Source: an uncultured Candidatus Saccharibacteria bacterium
Lineage (GTDB): Bacteria > Patescibacteriota > Doudnabacteria > UBA920
DNA length: 64,000 nucleotides
Reading direction: 5' to 3'
Assembly: GCA_964483665.1 (NCBI GenBank)
Contig: CAZACP010000001.1
Coordinates: 141,896 to 205,895 of the forward strand
Positions 39,092-49,231 of the stretch are shown here, in pieces. Under the pieces are notes generated by a model that had not been told where the DNA came from, searched no databases, and was given only the letters and a program-made list of their open reading frames with translations. Position numbers and translations under genes: made by a program. The first letter of the stretch is position 1; each line of letters opens with the position of its first letter.

Positions 39092-40441
39092 TTATATTTC
39101 TGCTATCGGCAAATTCGAAGGCGGCCTAGAAGTCTTACTACTTACAGACTGAACATTAGCCGGCGCAGCGGCGCCTTCAGGGGTAATCGGAAAATGAAAT
39201 AAGGTGGCGATTTCTTCGGTGCTTAATAAAAACTTAGGAGCCCCAACATATGTGCTTCTGGCTTTATAACCTCTTAAAAACCAAAATTTTCTGTCGTTTG
39301 TTATCCACTTTAAAATAGGTCCTTCCAAACTCTCAGAAAAAAGCGGATCAACCTTGGTCCAAATTTTCATATGGCTTTTCATAGTATTATGAATACCAGA
39401 GCCGCCTCCGGGACTAAATTGTCTAATTGCGCCAATTATCTCAAAGCGCCTGCCTTTGTCGTATTTGTCTTTTGGCGCGATATACAAAATTCTTATTTTA
39501 GTATTATAACAGGGTTTATTTAACTTTTTTTCTATTAAGCCAACGCGCGCTTTTTCCCCTTCACTCATATTGAGCCAGTTATTCCTGGGCTTGTTTTCCT
39601 GGTGACCATGGCTGTGCGCTGAACCAAACACAGCTTCCTTTAACCTAAAGTGCGAAAACCAGTCAATAGGCTTAAGAAAAAAACCTAAAATACTTGCTTC
39701 GTGGGGCATTTCCTCACCGGTTAGCTCCTTAATTTTTTTTACTGCCCTGTGTTCCCACTCGTTATTTTGAATAGGCTGAATTAATATTTGAAGGGCTAAA
39801 ACTTCGTGGGGTAAGATTCTTTCCATTGTTTCTATAACATTAGACAAAGGGTCGATAATTTTTTCTTCAGCGGTCGGATGCTCAAAATCCACATAAGTTT
39901 TTATGGGTATTACGCTGTCATTAGTCATTTTAAGCTCAGTGCCAAAAAAATCGTATGGACTGTCGCCCTTATATACGTCGACATTAAAGTTTTCCATGTA
40001 ATCCCTTACTTCCTGAATTTCGGCCGTGGGGTAATGGGAATAGAACGCCGACTCTACCAAATGCTGGCTTTTTTTCGGACATCGAATAATAAAAGAGACC
40101 TGGCCTCCAAGCGAAACTATCTCCAGGGAATACCAAAGCTGAAACTTTCCTTCCATATACACTTCGTTCCAGGTAAGGCCTCTATGCAAGGCGTGCATTT
40201 GAGAAAATATATTTTCAACAGCCATGGTGCTTACTCTGTTTTCTTTAGGGACTAAAATCCGTAAAAAAACCCATTCTGTGCTATGCAAAAAATGATGCTG
40301 GATTTCTTCCATATAAGAAAACTTGAACATATGGTAAAAGCCAAATATAAAAATCACCCATCCGTAATAGTCGTAAAAGATGGTCCAAATCATTTTGAGT
40401 ATTTCTGGCGGGTGCGGAAAAAGCGCTGTTAAAAATTCCAT
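39092..40441 (-). CDS. hypothetical protein (449 aa) with one N-terminal TM helix; operon partner of the ATPase
   Basis: ORF with a hydrophobic N-terminus (WTIFYDYYGWVIFIFGFYHMF), 12 nt upstream of the ATPase gene. No family recognised. Confidence 0.5.
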   Translation of the reverse strand: MEFLTALFPHPPEILKMIWTIFYDYYGWVIFIFGFYHMFKFSYMEEIQHHFLHSTEWVFLRILVPKENRVSTMAVENIFSQMHALHRGLTWNEVYMEGKFQLWYSLEIVSLGGQVSFIIRCPKKSQHLVESAFYSHYPTAEIQEVRDYMENFNVDVYKGDSPYDFFGTELKMTNDSVIPIKTYVDFEHPTAEEKIIDPLSNVIETMERILPHEVLALQILIQPIQNNEWEHRAVKKIKELTGEEMPHEASILGFFLKPIDWFSHFRLKEAVFGSAHSHGHQENKPRNNWLNMSEGEKARVGLIEKKLNKPCYNTKIRILYIAPKDKYDKGRRFEIIGAIRQFSPGGGSGIHNTMKSHMKIWTKVDPLFSESLEGPILKWITNDRKFWFLRGYKARSTYVGAPKFLLSTEEIATLFHFPITPEGAAAPANVQSVSSKTSRPPSNLPIAEI

Positions 40442-40505
40442 TTTTTGTTTTCTTTATTTGTTATTTCTGACAAATACTCCGTTTCAGATTTTTTAGTTTC
40501 AGTAT

Positions 40506-41612
40506 TTAGACTAAAGAGTATAAATTTCTTCCGACTTTAGTGAATAATTTTCTGTTTGAAAGACCGACAAGAATGGTGTTTTTCTTTACCATTCTGCGTT
40601 TTAAGACTTCTTCAATTATTTTATCGCGCGAAAGTGGTTGGCCAGAGCTTACCAAAACTTCCTTTATTACATCCGAAACAACGCCCGGTTTATAACCCCA
40701 TTCTGAAAGAGCGTAAATTCCCCTGCCGACTAATACAAAACGACTGTCTTTTATAAGTTCGTTATGAACAGTTTCTTTAAAAGCTTTCCTCGTGTCAAAC
40801 CCTGCCTTGTTTATAGCTTCGGTAATTTCGCCGTAATGCAAAGGTTTTTTGGTATTTTTCATAACCAAATACGCTTTGTCGCCAACATCTCTTGGTTTAA
40901 TTTCCTTCCAGGTGTTTAAACCCCACTCTTCAAAAACGTTTTTTTCAATCTCTAGCGTAAGAGCCAAAAAATTTAGAATTATTTTGTCGGTTAACTCATT
41001 TTGGTTTTCTCGGTAAAATTCCGTTTCCTTAAAATGTTTAAGAAAATCTTCAGAGGCCATTGGCTTTTTGCTTGACTCTAAAATTTGCTTACTTACCTCA
41101 GTTGTTTTGTTTAAAAAATCTTTGTTAAAAAGCACGTAAACCCAGGCTTTTTTGAAATTTTCGTGAATAAAGTTATCTAGTTCTTCTACTAAATGCAATA
41201 AAAAAATAACGGCATTGCGTTCGGAAGTCGACTGTAAATTAAGCCTCAATAGCAAATTTTCTTCGGCTATTACCCTGCCATGCTCGGCTACCAAATTAAG
41301 CAAAAATTCTTTGGCTTTGTTAAAACTATCGCTTTTTGCCGCGTTTTTCTTTAAATGTTTTAAAATATCTTTCTCGATTTGCCTGACTCTTTCCCTTGTT
41401 AAATTATGCTCCTGGCCGATGGCTGCAAGAGTTTTTTCTTCGTGATTTTCCAGGCCGTATCTGTGTCTTAATATCTTTTTATCTCTCTCTTTTTCAACCA
41501 AATTTAAAATTTCCCGTAGAGTTTCTTCAGGTTTGAATTCCAGCAAATTTACGTTTTGCCTATTCGTAATAATTGTATCTAAAATTCCCATAAAATATGA
41601 TTGAAATTTCAC
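40506..41612 (-). CDS. DNA-binding protein with a sigma-70 region-4-like HTH and two HARE-HTH-like motifs
   Basis: NLTRERVRQIEKDILKHL matches sigma region 4.2. VGRGIYALSEWGY and KVGRNLYSLV resemble the HARE-HTH (RpoE-delta N-terminal) GRF..L...WGL signature. Confidence 0.5.
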   Translation of the reverse strand: MKFQSYFMGILDTIITNRQNVNLLEFKPEETLREILNLVEKERDKKILRHRYGLENHEEKTLAAIGQEHNLTRERVRQIEKDILKHLKKNAAKSDSFNKAKEFLLNLVAEHGRVIAEENLLLRLNLQSTSERNAVIFLLHLVEELDNFIHENFKKAWVYVLFNKDFLNKTTEVSKQILESSKKPMASEDFLKHFKETEFYRENQNELTDKIILNFLALTLEIEKNVFEEWGLNTWKEIKPRDVGDKAYLVMKNTKKPLHYGEITEAINKAGFDTRKAFKETVHNELIKDSRFVLVGRGIYALSEWGYKPGVVSDVIKEVLVSSGQPLSRDKIIEEVLKRRMVKKNTILVGLSNRKLFTKVGRNLYSLV

Positions 41613-41766
41613 TTCGGATTTAGCCTAAACAAGCAATTATAAGAAGGCTAATATTTTTGATTTAACAGTATTCCAAAGCTCGGTAACCAAAGTATAGCAT
41701 AAATCTTAAACCTTGTCAATAAATAAAAGCCCTTTAAAAAGGGCTTTTAAAAGTACGATTTTTGGC

Positions 41767-42654
41767 TTATTTTAAACCTTTTTTTTGAAAAAGCATTAAA
41801 ACAGGGCTAGCAATGAATATAGAAGAGTAAGTACCGACTATTATACCCACAAAAAGAGCAAGCACAAAGTAGCGAATAGACTCGCCTCCAAATAAAAGGA
41901 GTGAGAGCAAAACAAAGAGCACGGTTAAACTGGTATTTAAGGACCTGACAATTGTTTGGGCTATGCTATGGTTCACTACAAATTCCAAACTTTGACCGGC
42001 GTAAATTTTTAGGTTTTCTCTTATTCTGTCAAATACCACAATGGTATCGTGCACTGAAAAACCCAAAACGGTTAAAAGCGCGGTTACGAACATGCTGTCA
42101 ATTTCAACACCCCAAAAATGTCCTAAGATAGAAAAGAATCCTAAAACAAAGAGCAGGTCGTGTAAAAGAGCAATAATCGCAGACCAACCAAAACGCCACG
42201 AAGTCATGGGCTTTGGTACTTTTCTGAACGCATATGAAATGTATAAAATGATACCAAGTGAAACTAAAATTAACTGATATATCGCATTTTTCTTTAACTC
42301 TTTTCCAACCACCGGTCCAATAGACTGAAATTGGGTTTCGTTAAAATCGCCCGCCGACTCTCGGATTTTGGACAACATTTCGTCATGCTTTTCCTTTTCT
42401 AGAGAAGAAGTTTTTATAATCAAAGAATTATTTTCAGACGGCTGAAGCACAAAACCGGTTATATCGGTTTTCTCAATGGCTGTCTTAACGGAGTTTAACT
42501 CATAATTTTTGTTGAAACGAATTTCCGTTAAAGTACCGCCTTTAAAATCAATACCTAACTTCAAGCCAAACAATAACAAAGAAACAACGCCAAAAATTAA
42601 AATTAAGGCTGATGCAGAAAACCAAAACTTATAATATTTTAGAGTATTAAACAT
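41767..42654 (-). CDS. secF: protein translocase subunit SecF
   Basis: RND-like 6-TM with SecF periplasmic loop. Follows secD. Confidence 0.9.
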   Translation of the reverse strand: MFNTLKYYKFWFSASALILIFGVVSLLLFGLKLGIDFKGGTLTEIRFNKNYELNSVKTAIEKTDITGFVLQPSENNSLIIKTSSLEKEKHDEMLSKIRESAGDFNETQFQSIGPVVGKELKKNAIYQLILVSLGIILYISYAFRKVPKPMTSWRFGWSAIIALLHDLLFVLGFFSILGHFWGVEIDSMFVTALLTVLGFSVHDTIVVFDRIRENLKIYAGQSLEFVVNHSIAQTIVRSLNTSLTVLFVLLSLLLFGGESIRYFVLALFVGIIVGTYSSIFIASPVLMLFQKKGLK

Positions 42655-42683
42655 AAATGAATTCTAAAATGAATTAGGTGACT

Positions 42684-44159
42684 TTATACTTTCTTACTTT
42701 TGCTTACTCCAAAAAGCCAAGGATGGGTAAGAATATTATTTCCAATGAATAATTTAAGGAAAGTCTTGGTTACTGAAATTGCCGTAAACATAGAAATTAG
42801 TATGCCGATCGCCAAAGTTATGGCAAAGCCTTTTATTGAAGGCGAGCCAAAAAAATACAAAATTGCAGTCGTAATTAAAGAAGAAACATTGGAATCCCGA
42901 ATAGAAAGCCAGGCTCTGGAAAAACCATCATCAACCGCTTTCTCGATGTCTTTGCCGGCTCTAATTTCTTCTTTCAGGCGTTCAAAAATCAAAATATTTG
43001 CGTCAACAGCCATACCTACAGAAAGAATAAACCCTGCGATTCCGCCTAAAGTAAGAGTAACAGGCGAAAGCGCGCCTAAAAACATTAAAACTATATAGGA
43101 TCCGAGCGCAATAATACCGAATCTTCCGTCAACTGTCATACCTAACAGGAAAAAGAGACCCACTAAAGCCACGGCCGTAAAAGAAATACCGACTTTAAAT
43201 ATCGCCAAAGAAAGCATGGTGTAAATCAGCAAAGCACATACTGCCAAAAAACCCGGGAATCTGTAAAAAATTATCATAAAAATGACTATAAGCAATAAAC
43301 CAATAAGTCCGGCCATTACAGATTTATGTACGGATTCTTTGCCCAAAGTCGCCCCAACATTCTGCTGGGAAATAAGCTTTATAGGAACCGGCAAAGCTCC
43401 GCTGTTTAAGCGGCTGGCTAATTGCTTTGCTTCGCCAACGGTAAAATTTCCGGAAACAATTGCCACGCCGTCAGTAATAGCTGTCTGCACCGTAGGCGCG
43501 CTAATTACCTGGCCGTCCAAAATAATTGCAACCGGCTTTTGCAAATTAGCTGAGGTTATTTCTGAGAAAAGTTTTTTGCCTTCTTCGTTAAATTCCAAAC
43601 GAACCACAACTTCATTGGTTAAGGCTGATTGTCCCTGAAAATCTACCGTTGCTTTCTTAAGCTGTTTTCCGGAAAGTCCGGTAGGAAGCCACGAAGACAG
43701 TGGGTCAACTGTTATTGTCCCCTTTTCATCTGGTACAACTTCGGGCGCATTAGGGTTTTCAACCCTAAATTCCAAATATGGGGTTTGGCCTATTTGTTTT
43801 ATAGCTTCATTTACGTCTTTTATACCTGGTAACTCAACAATTATTCTGTCTGTCCCTGAAACCTGCACCTGGGGTTCTGAAACGCCAAAACTATTTACCC
43901 TTCTTTCTATAATGTCTCGAATGGCTAAAAGAGCGTCGCTTTGGGACTCTTTTGCCACATCTTTAAAATCAGCCTGGTAGGCCAAATGACTGCCGCCCTG
44001 AAGGTCAAGACCAAGCCTAATTCTAAAATCCTGCTTATAGGGAATTTTTAAGGGGCTTAAATCAATTTTACTGCCCTTTGGATGGACAATAAAGGCAGCC
44101 ACAGCTGCTAAAACCAACACACCAATAAAAGTAATAATTTGCTTAATTTTTGGGTTCAT
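42684..44159 (-). CDS. secD: protein translocase subunit SecD
   Basis: Conserved SecD motifs (LGLDLQGG; GPTLG-like GATLGKES). Confidence 0.9.
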   Translation of the reverse strand: MNPKIKQIITFIGVLVLAAVAAFIVHPKGSKIDLSPLKIPYKQDFRIRLGLDLQGGSHLAYQADFKDVAKESQSDALLAIRDIIERRVNSFGVSEPQVQVSGTDRIIVELPGIKDVNEAIKQIGQTPYLEFRVENPNAPEVVPDEKGTITVDPLSSWLPTGLSGKQLKKATVDFQGQSALTNEVVVRLEFNEEGKKLFSEITSANLQKPVAIILDGQVISAPTVQTAITDGVAIVSGNFTVGEAKQLASRLNSGALPVPIKLISQQNVGATLGKESVHKSVMAGLIGLLLIVIFMIIFYRFPGFLAVCALLIYTMLSLAIFKVGISFTAVALVGLFFLLGMTVDGRFGIIALGSYIVLMFLGALSPVTLTLGGIAGFILSVGMAVDANILIFERLKEEIRAGKDIEKAVDDGFSRAWLSIRDSNVSSLITTAILYFFGSPSIKGFAITLAIGILISMFTAISVTKTFLKLFIGNNILTHPWLFGVSKSKKV

Positions 44160-44213
44160 AATGTGATAAAACTAACTTTGCTGATTATATCAAAAGCCTA
44201 AAATTAGGGCAAG

Positions 44214-44855
44214 TTACTGCTCAATAAAAATCCGCGTACCGACATCTGCCCAATTATAAAGGTTTTCCATCTCAGAATACGAAACATTTATACAACCGTG
44301 GCTCATAGGTTGGCCAAACTTGTCGTGCCAGTAAGCCCCATGAATGTATAAATTGCCCCTGCTGCCATATTTAAATAACAGATTCCATTTTGTATTTGGG
44401 TAATAATAAGAGCCTAGTTTTGAGCCATAAGTTACGAGGGGTCTTTTGGTTAAAACACTAAACTCACCTTTTGGAGTGGGAGTTCTTTTAAGCCCGCTGG
44501 AAATTTTAAAGGTTTTTATGGCATATGGACCTAAAAAATAAGTTAGTTCCTGCTTTTGCAGACTGACTTTAATCTTTTTTACGGCCTTTTCGTCTGAAAC
44601 TACATTTGGGTCATACCCGGCCTTAACTTCAACTCCGTCGGAATAACTATCGCCGTCCGTGTCAACCACTTGGGCGTTCGTTTTGTAAATATTTATTTCG
44701 TCGTAATCCGAAAGGCCGTCTGAGTCAGTGTCCATACCCATAAGCATTTCTTCGCTATAATGAAAAACCCCTATTTGGGTCTCCTGACCTTTTGTAATAA
44801 TAGGCGCTAAAAAAAATATAGAAAAAACAATTAAAATTTTTCGGAATTTAGCCAT
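44214..44855 (-). CDS. L,D-transpeptidase (YkuD domain) with N-terminal Asp-rich Ca-binding-like repeats
   Basis: Catalytic HG...SHGCINVS motif. DTDSDGLSDYDE / DTDGDSYSDG repeats. Confidence 0.8.
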   Translation of the reverse strand: MAKFRKILIVFSIFFLAPIITKGQETQIGVFHYSEEMLMGMDTDSDGLSDYDEINIYKTNAQVVDTDGDSYSDGVEVKAGYDPNVVSDEKAVKKIKVSLQKQELTYFLGPYAIKTFKISSGLKRTPTPKGEFSVLTKRPLVTYGSKLGSYYYPNTKWNLLFKYGSRGNLYIHGAYWHDKFGQPMSHGCINVSYSEMENLYNWADVGTRIFIEQ

Positions 44856-47377
44856 TCTTCGATTTTAGTTTTTTGATTTTTTAGCCACCAAACATTGGAT
44901 TCAACTCTTTCTAAAATCTGCTCTACGGTTCTGCGCATACCCAAAACAGGTCGTTTTTTAAAAAACGCTTTAAGTTCTTTATAGTCGCCTTGTGTGTTCA
45001 TTAAACCCAAAGGTTTTAACATTCTGCCAAGCATATGCCCGCTTGGCGGATAGCGCTTGTTCAGCTCCTTCCAATTTGTTTGAAGAAATTTAAAAGCTAA
45101 TTTTCTCCCCAAAGGATTTGCGAATACAGACGCAATAATCATAGGAGCGTCTTGCAATCTAACCTCCTTAGACAGAGCAAAATCCAGCGTTTTTTTGAGC
45201 AGATCGGCATCTGAAAAGTTTGCCAAAGCTCTTCCTAATCTGTTTTTTTCTTCGTTTAGCGTTTCTTTGCAATACTTTTCCACAAAATTATTATATTCGG
45301 CTCTATTGCCGTTTTCCGCCACTACCTGATATACCATTCCGCGCAAATCAGCCGGTATTTTTTTGCCTTTAAAAATTTTCCTTGCCTTTTCTATAACTTC
45401 CTTTCCGCCAAACGAGGCATAGTTAGACAAAACCAAGCTTCTTAAAAGACCCTGGGTATGGGCTTCGCCTTTGTGCGCTTTAAAACCTAAACGCTTAGCT
45501 TCTTTTTGAAAAATACTTCTCGCATACTCTTCATATTTTCTTTTAAACGACTCTTCAAAAATAAGCTGATGGACTAAATTTATACCTGAAGAAATTTCCG
45601 TCCAAACCGTATAATCTGTTTCGTTTTCGTAAGCCAAAGAAAGTTCAAGCGCCCGAGCCGTTGGAAGCTCCTGGGCTTCGGCTAAAGCAAACGCATCCCG
45701 AATAATTCCTAAACGGTCAATTGCCGGCAAGGACTTATTTTTTATCATCGGCTGCAGCTGTTTTAGCATTTGAGAAGGGTAATCCACCCTGTAAAACCCA
45801 GACTCCCCGGAGTTTATTTTTACTGGCGCGGATGAATTAAATTTTAAGATTTCTGACTTCCCTTCCATTAAACTTTGTATTTTTAACTTTCCGCTTTTTA
45901 CTTTTAAAGGCACTTGCCAAATTGTCTTGTCTTTTGCCCTGCTCTTTGACAATGCCGAGGAAAAATACCTGGTTTGGCTAATTTGCAAGCCTTTGGGTTT
46001 TTGCGTAACTTTTAAAACCGGGTAACCCGGTTTTTTTGTCCAGGTTTCCATAATTTTTGCCACCGGCTTTTTTGAAACTTGTTCAAAAGCATTCCACAAA
46101 TCAAAAGTTTTAGTATTCTGGTAGGCATGCTTTTTTAAATAATGCCTAAGTCCGTCTCTAAAATTTTTCTCTCCCAAATAATCAGCCAGCATTCTTATAA
46201 CGCTTGCGCCTTTGCTATAGCTTACTTCATCAAAAATTTCACCAATTTCGTCAGGGTGCTTAACTTCTACCTCTATTGAGTGGGTATTTTTAAGCCCATC
46301 TAAACGCAAGGCTATTCCCAAATCTGCATAGGCAAATTGTGTCCATATGTCCCATTTTGGAAACAAATGGTCAACTGCCAGGTATTCTATATAAGAGGCA
46401 AAACCTTCATTTAGCCACAAATCTGTCCACCAGTGCATAGTAACCAAATTGCCAAACCATTGGTGGGCAAGTTCGTGAGCTATAACCAAAGCTACCCATT
46501 GTTTGTTGGATGCCGATGAATGCTCAGGGTCTACCAAAAGCGCGGATTCGCGGTAAGTAACCGCCCCCCAATTTTCCATTGCTCCGTGGGAAAAATCCGG
46601 TATTGCAACCATATCCAAAAGCGGCAAAGGGTAGTTTATGGCAAAATAACTTTCATAAAAATCCAAAGTTTTAACTGCGCAATCTAAAGCGAATTTTGCT
46701 TGATGTTTTTTTCCGGGCGTTACAAACACTCTTACCTTAACTCCGCGGTTGGTATAGCCTTCTAAATATTCAAATTCCCCTACTATAAACGCCAACAAAT
46801 AGGTTGACATTTTGGGAGTGGGCGCGAATTGAACCATTTTGTAACCCGACTCATGCTCTTTTATGGAACTTTCCACGGTATTGGAAATAGCTGTAAGTCC
46901 GGGCGGAACCATAATAGTCACGTCAAAAATTGCTTTAGAGCTAGGCTCGTCAAAGCAGGGAAAGGCTCTGCGGGCATCTGTAGCTTCAAATTGAGTCGTG
47001 GCAAGGTGCTTTTCTTTGCCTTGGTGCATATAGCGGCTTCTGTAAAAACCGCGCATATAGTCGTTTAAAACGCCCTTGAATTTAAGTGATATTTTTGCAA
47101 GTCCCCTCGGTAGTTTTTTGTTTGATGATAAGGTAACTGTCTCCGCTTTCGTATTGTATTTTATGTTTTTAATCTGCAAACTAAAATCTGCACTCTGAAA
47201 TTCTACGTCCCATATCTTAAGCTCTTTAGAATGAAGCGTGATTTCGTTTACCGCCTTTTCAAGGCGCAGCTCAATAATTTCTTCGCCTTCAAAAGTAAAA
47301 CCGTCTAGGTCGGGTTTTACCATTAATTGATAGCGTTCTGGTTTTATGTAGGGTGATAATCTTACTTTATTTTTCAT
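44831..47377 (-). CDS. pepN: aminopeptidase N (M1 family zinc metallopeptidase)
   Basis: GAMEN exopeptidase motif, HELAHQWFGN zinc-binding motif and downstream LNEGFA glutamate. Confidence 0.9.
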   Translation of the reverse strand: MKNKVRLSPYIKPERYQLMVKPDLDGFTFEGEEIIELRLEKAVNEITLHSKELKIWDVEFQSADFSLQIKNIKYNTKAETVTLSSNKKLPRGLAKISLKFKGVLNDYMRGFYRSRYMHQGKEKHLATTQFEATDARRAFPCFDEPSSKAIFDVTIMVPPGLTAISNTVESSIKEHESGYKMVQFAPTPKMSTYLLAFIVGEFEYLEGYTNRGVKVRVFVTPGKKHQAKFALDCAVKTLDFYESYFAINYPLPLLDMVAIPDFSHGAMENWGAVTYRESALLVDPEHSSASNKQWVALVIAHELAHQWFGNLVTMHWWTDLWLNEGFASYIEYLAVDHLFPKWDIWTQFAYADLGIALRLDGLKNTHSIEVEVKHPDEIGEIFDEVSYSKGASVIRMLADYLGEKNFRDGLRHYLKKHAYQNTKTFDLWNAFEQVSKKPVAKIMETWTKKPGYPVLKVTQKPKGLQISQTRYFSSALSKSRAKDKTIWQVPLKVKSGKLKIQSLMEGKSEILKFNSSAPVKINSGESGFYRVDYPSQMLKQLQPMIKNKSLPAIDRLGIIRDAFALAEAQELPTARALELSLAYENETDYTVWTEISSGINLVHQLIFEESFKRKYEEYARSIFQKEAKRLGFKAHKGEAHTQGLLRSLVLSNYASFGGKEVIEKARKIFKGKKIPADLRGMVYQVVAENGNRAEYNNFVEKYCKETLNEEKNRLGRALANFSDADLLKKTLDFALSKEVRLQDAPMIIASVFANPLGRKLAFKFLQTNWKELNKRYPPSGHMLGRMLKPLGLMNTQGDYKELKAFFKKRPVLGMRRTVEQILERVESNVWWLKNQKTKIEEWLNSEKF

Positions 47378-47933
47378 GAGACAGTAGATAATTTTTTAAT
47401 TTTTTTGCGGCTATTCCGCGTGCGCTGAATTTATAGTAACCCTCGGATTTTAACTCCCCTAAGGTAAACTTTGAATTATTTGGTAAAAAAATTGGGTCAT
47501 AGCCAAAGCCATGTTTTCCCCGCGGCATTACTACTCTACCTTTTATTGTTCCTTCAAAAAACAAAATGTTTTTTTTGTTTTTTGCATATGCAATAATAGT
47601 TCTGCCTTCCGCTCGTTGTTCATTAATACCGATAGCTAATTTTGCCAAATTTTTTGGTCCAAGATATACATTAAAAAACTTAATAAAGGGCCCGGGCAAT
47701 TTTCCCCCAAAAGCTCTTAGAACTAAACCGCTGTCTTCTACTATAAAAGGTCCTTTATGATGCTTAAAAGCTTCGTTGAGCTTATGCTTAATAATTTTAT
47801 GAGGATCGATGTCTTGTATCTCGTCCAAATCAATATTCATTTGCTCAATTTTTATGGGAGCAAGCAAAGCTGAGATTTCGGCCAGTTTATTTTTATTGCT
47901 GGTTATAAATTTTAAAATTTTATTTTTTTCCAT
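47367..47933 (-). CDS. rdgB: non-canonical purine NTP pyrophosphatase (RdgB/Ham1)
   Basis: ITSNKNKLAEI N-terminal motif and FGYDPIF motif. The start is probably MEKNKIL. Confidence 0.85.
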   Translation of the reverse strand: MEKNKILKFITSNKNKLAEISALLAPIKIEQMNIDLDEIQDIDPHKIIKHKLNEAFKHHKGPFIVEDSGLVLRAFGGKLPGPFIKFFNVYLGPKNLAKLAIGINEQRAEGRTIIAYAKNKKNILFFEGTIKGRVVMPRGKHGFGYDPIFLPNNSKFTLGELKSEGYYKFSARGIAAKKLKNYLLSHEK

Positions 47934-48366
47934 GACACTCGTTAAATATTTTACCACTCTTACAAAAACACTTGGGGTTACGTTTAAAAAAATTTTGCGT
48001 TGGTTCTAGCAAGGGACTTGGTAGGTTGTTTAAATTAAACCATGCAATTTTTTCGCACTTTTCCGGTTCTAGGTTTTGCGGCTCACCACTCCACTTGCTT
48101 GCAAAAAAATCTAAATTTACATAATGCCTATCCGGCATTATGTTGTTGTTAACCGCCCACATTTCCGCTTCTTCCACCTTTAAACCCACTTCTTCCATTG
48201 TTTCTCTTTTGACTGTATCTATAAACTCTTCACCAATTTCCAAATGCCCACCAGGGGGACACCACATACCCGCGCCGGTAGTGTTTTTCCGCAACATTAG
48301 CAAAATCTGATTTTCAGCATTTAAAATATAAACCCCAATGCCAATTTTAGGTCTTTGTTTTTCCAT
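47920..48366 (-). CDS. NUDIX hydrolase
   Basis: Nudix box GGHLEIGEEFIDTVKRETMEEVGL. Confidence 0.8.
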   Translation of the reverse strand: MEKQRPKIGIGVYILNAENQILLMLRKNTTGAGMWCPPGGHLEIGEEFIDTVKRETMEEVGLKVEEAEMWAVNNNIMPDRHYVNLDFFASKWSGEPQNLEPEKCEKIAWFNLNNLPSPLLEPTQNFFKRNPKCFCKSGKIFNECHGKK

Positions 48367-48367
48367 A

Positions 48368-48398
48368 AATAAAATGCCTTATTAAGGCATTTTATTAA
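48368..48398 (-). terminator. perfect hairpin aaaatgcct-tattaa-ggcatttt + T-run
   Basis: Seen directly, downstream of the 48500..48685 gene on the minus strand. Confidence 0.5.
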
Positions 48399-48499
48399 AC
48401 TTTTAAGTTTTGAGCAAATTTATGGGTTATAAGGCACGCCGACTTTTGGCGCTGCTTCTATCGCCCACTTTTCTAGTCCATCTACTCTAGATCCAACCA

Positions 48500-48685
48500 C
48501 TAATGTCTCAGTTTCGTTAGTTTTGTCGCGTTTTGAAAAGCATCTATAGCTTGTAAAATACGTTCAATATCTGACTTGGTTGCAAATTTATTATCTAAAT
48601 CAGCTTTTAAGTCTTCGATTGATTTGTCGATATAGTCAAAGATAGGTTGAAAATTAGTTTCACTCATATTTATATTGTGATGCAA
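48500..48685 (-). CDS. hypothetical small protein (61 aa)
   Basis: ORF only. Confidence 0.35.
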   Translation of the reverse strand: MHHNINMSETNFQPIFDYIDKSIEDLKADLDNKFATKSDIERILQAIDAFQNATKLTKLRH

Positions 48686-48715
48686 AAAAACTAAAAGTCA
48701 AAGCTAATATCCACA

Positions 48716-49096
48716 CTATGCTTTAGCCTCTTCTGTTCCGTGATCGTGGTTATGTTCGTGTTTTGAGTGGTCATGCCCGGCATGCACGTCCGACGTAGCT
48801 TTATGCGAAGTTAGATGCTCGTCTACGGCACCGGCTTTTTGCATAGCCTCACGCTTTTCTGTATTCAACTTTTTGATTATTTCGTTTACTTTGTCCGAGT
48901 ACTCTTTTAATTGAGCGTCCCCGTTCACCATAAGTTCGGCAATTTCTTCGGGCTTTTGCTTAGTTAAAATTGCCAGAATCATAACCAGGCTGGAGGTGGA
49001 CCATAAGCCATTTTCCATTTGCCTCTGAGCCATGGCTAATTCGTAAATCATGCTTTCAGTTTTTGTTGGTTGTTTTTTTAAGTAGTCTTTGGACAT
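48716..49096 (-). CDS. hypothetical protein with a His-rich C-terminus (HAGHDHSKHEHNHDHG)
   Basis: ORF. His-rich tail suggests metal binding. Confidence 0.45.
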   Translation of the reverse strand: MSKDYLKKQPTKTESMIYELAMAQRQMENGLWSTSSLVMILAILTKQKPEEIAELMVNGDAQLKEYSDKVNEIIKKLNTEKREAMQKAGAVDEHLTSHKATSDVHAGHDHSKHEHNHDHGTEEAKA

Positions 49097-49231
49097 TGTT
49101 CGTTCTTGTTAATTGATTATTAAAATTATTTAGACCCCTTTAACCGCTGATGCTCAGGGTATTTAAAAGCCCGCGCTTCTTATTTTTTTCCACTTCCGTC
49201 CTCCTACGCTAAAGCTTCGGAGGACTTCGCT

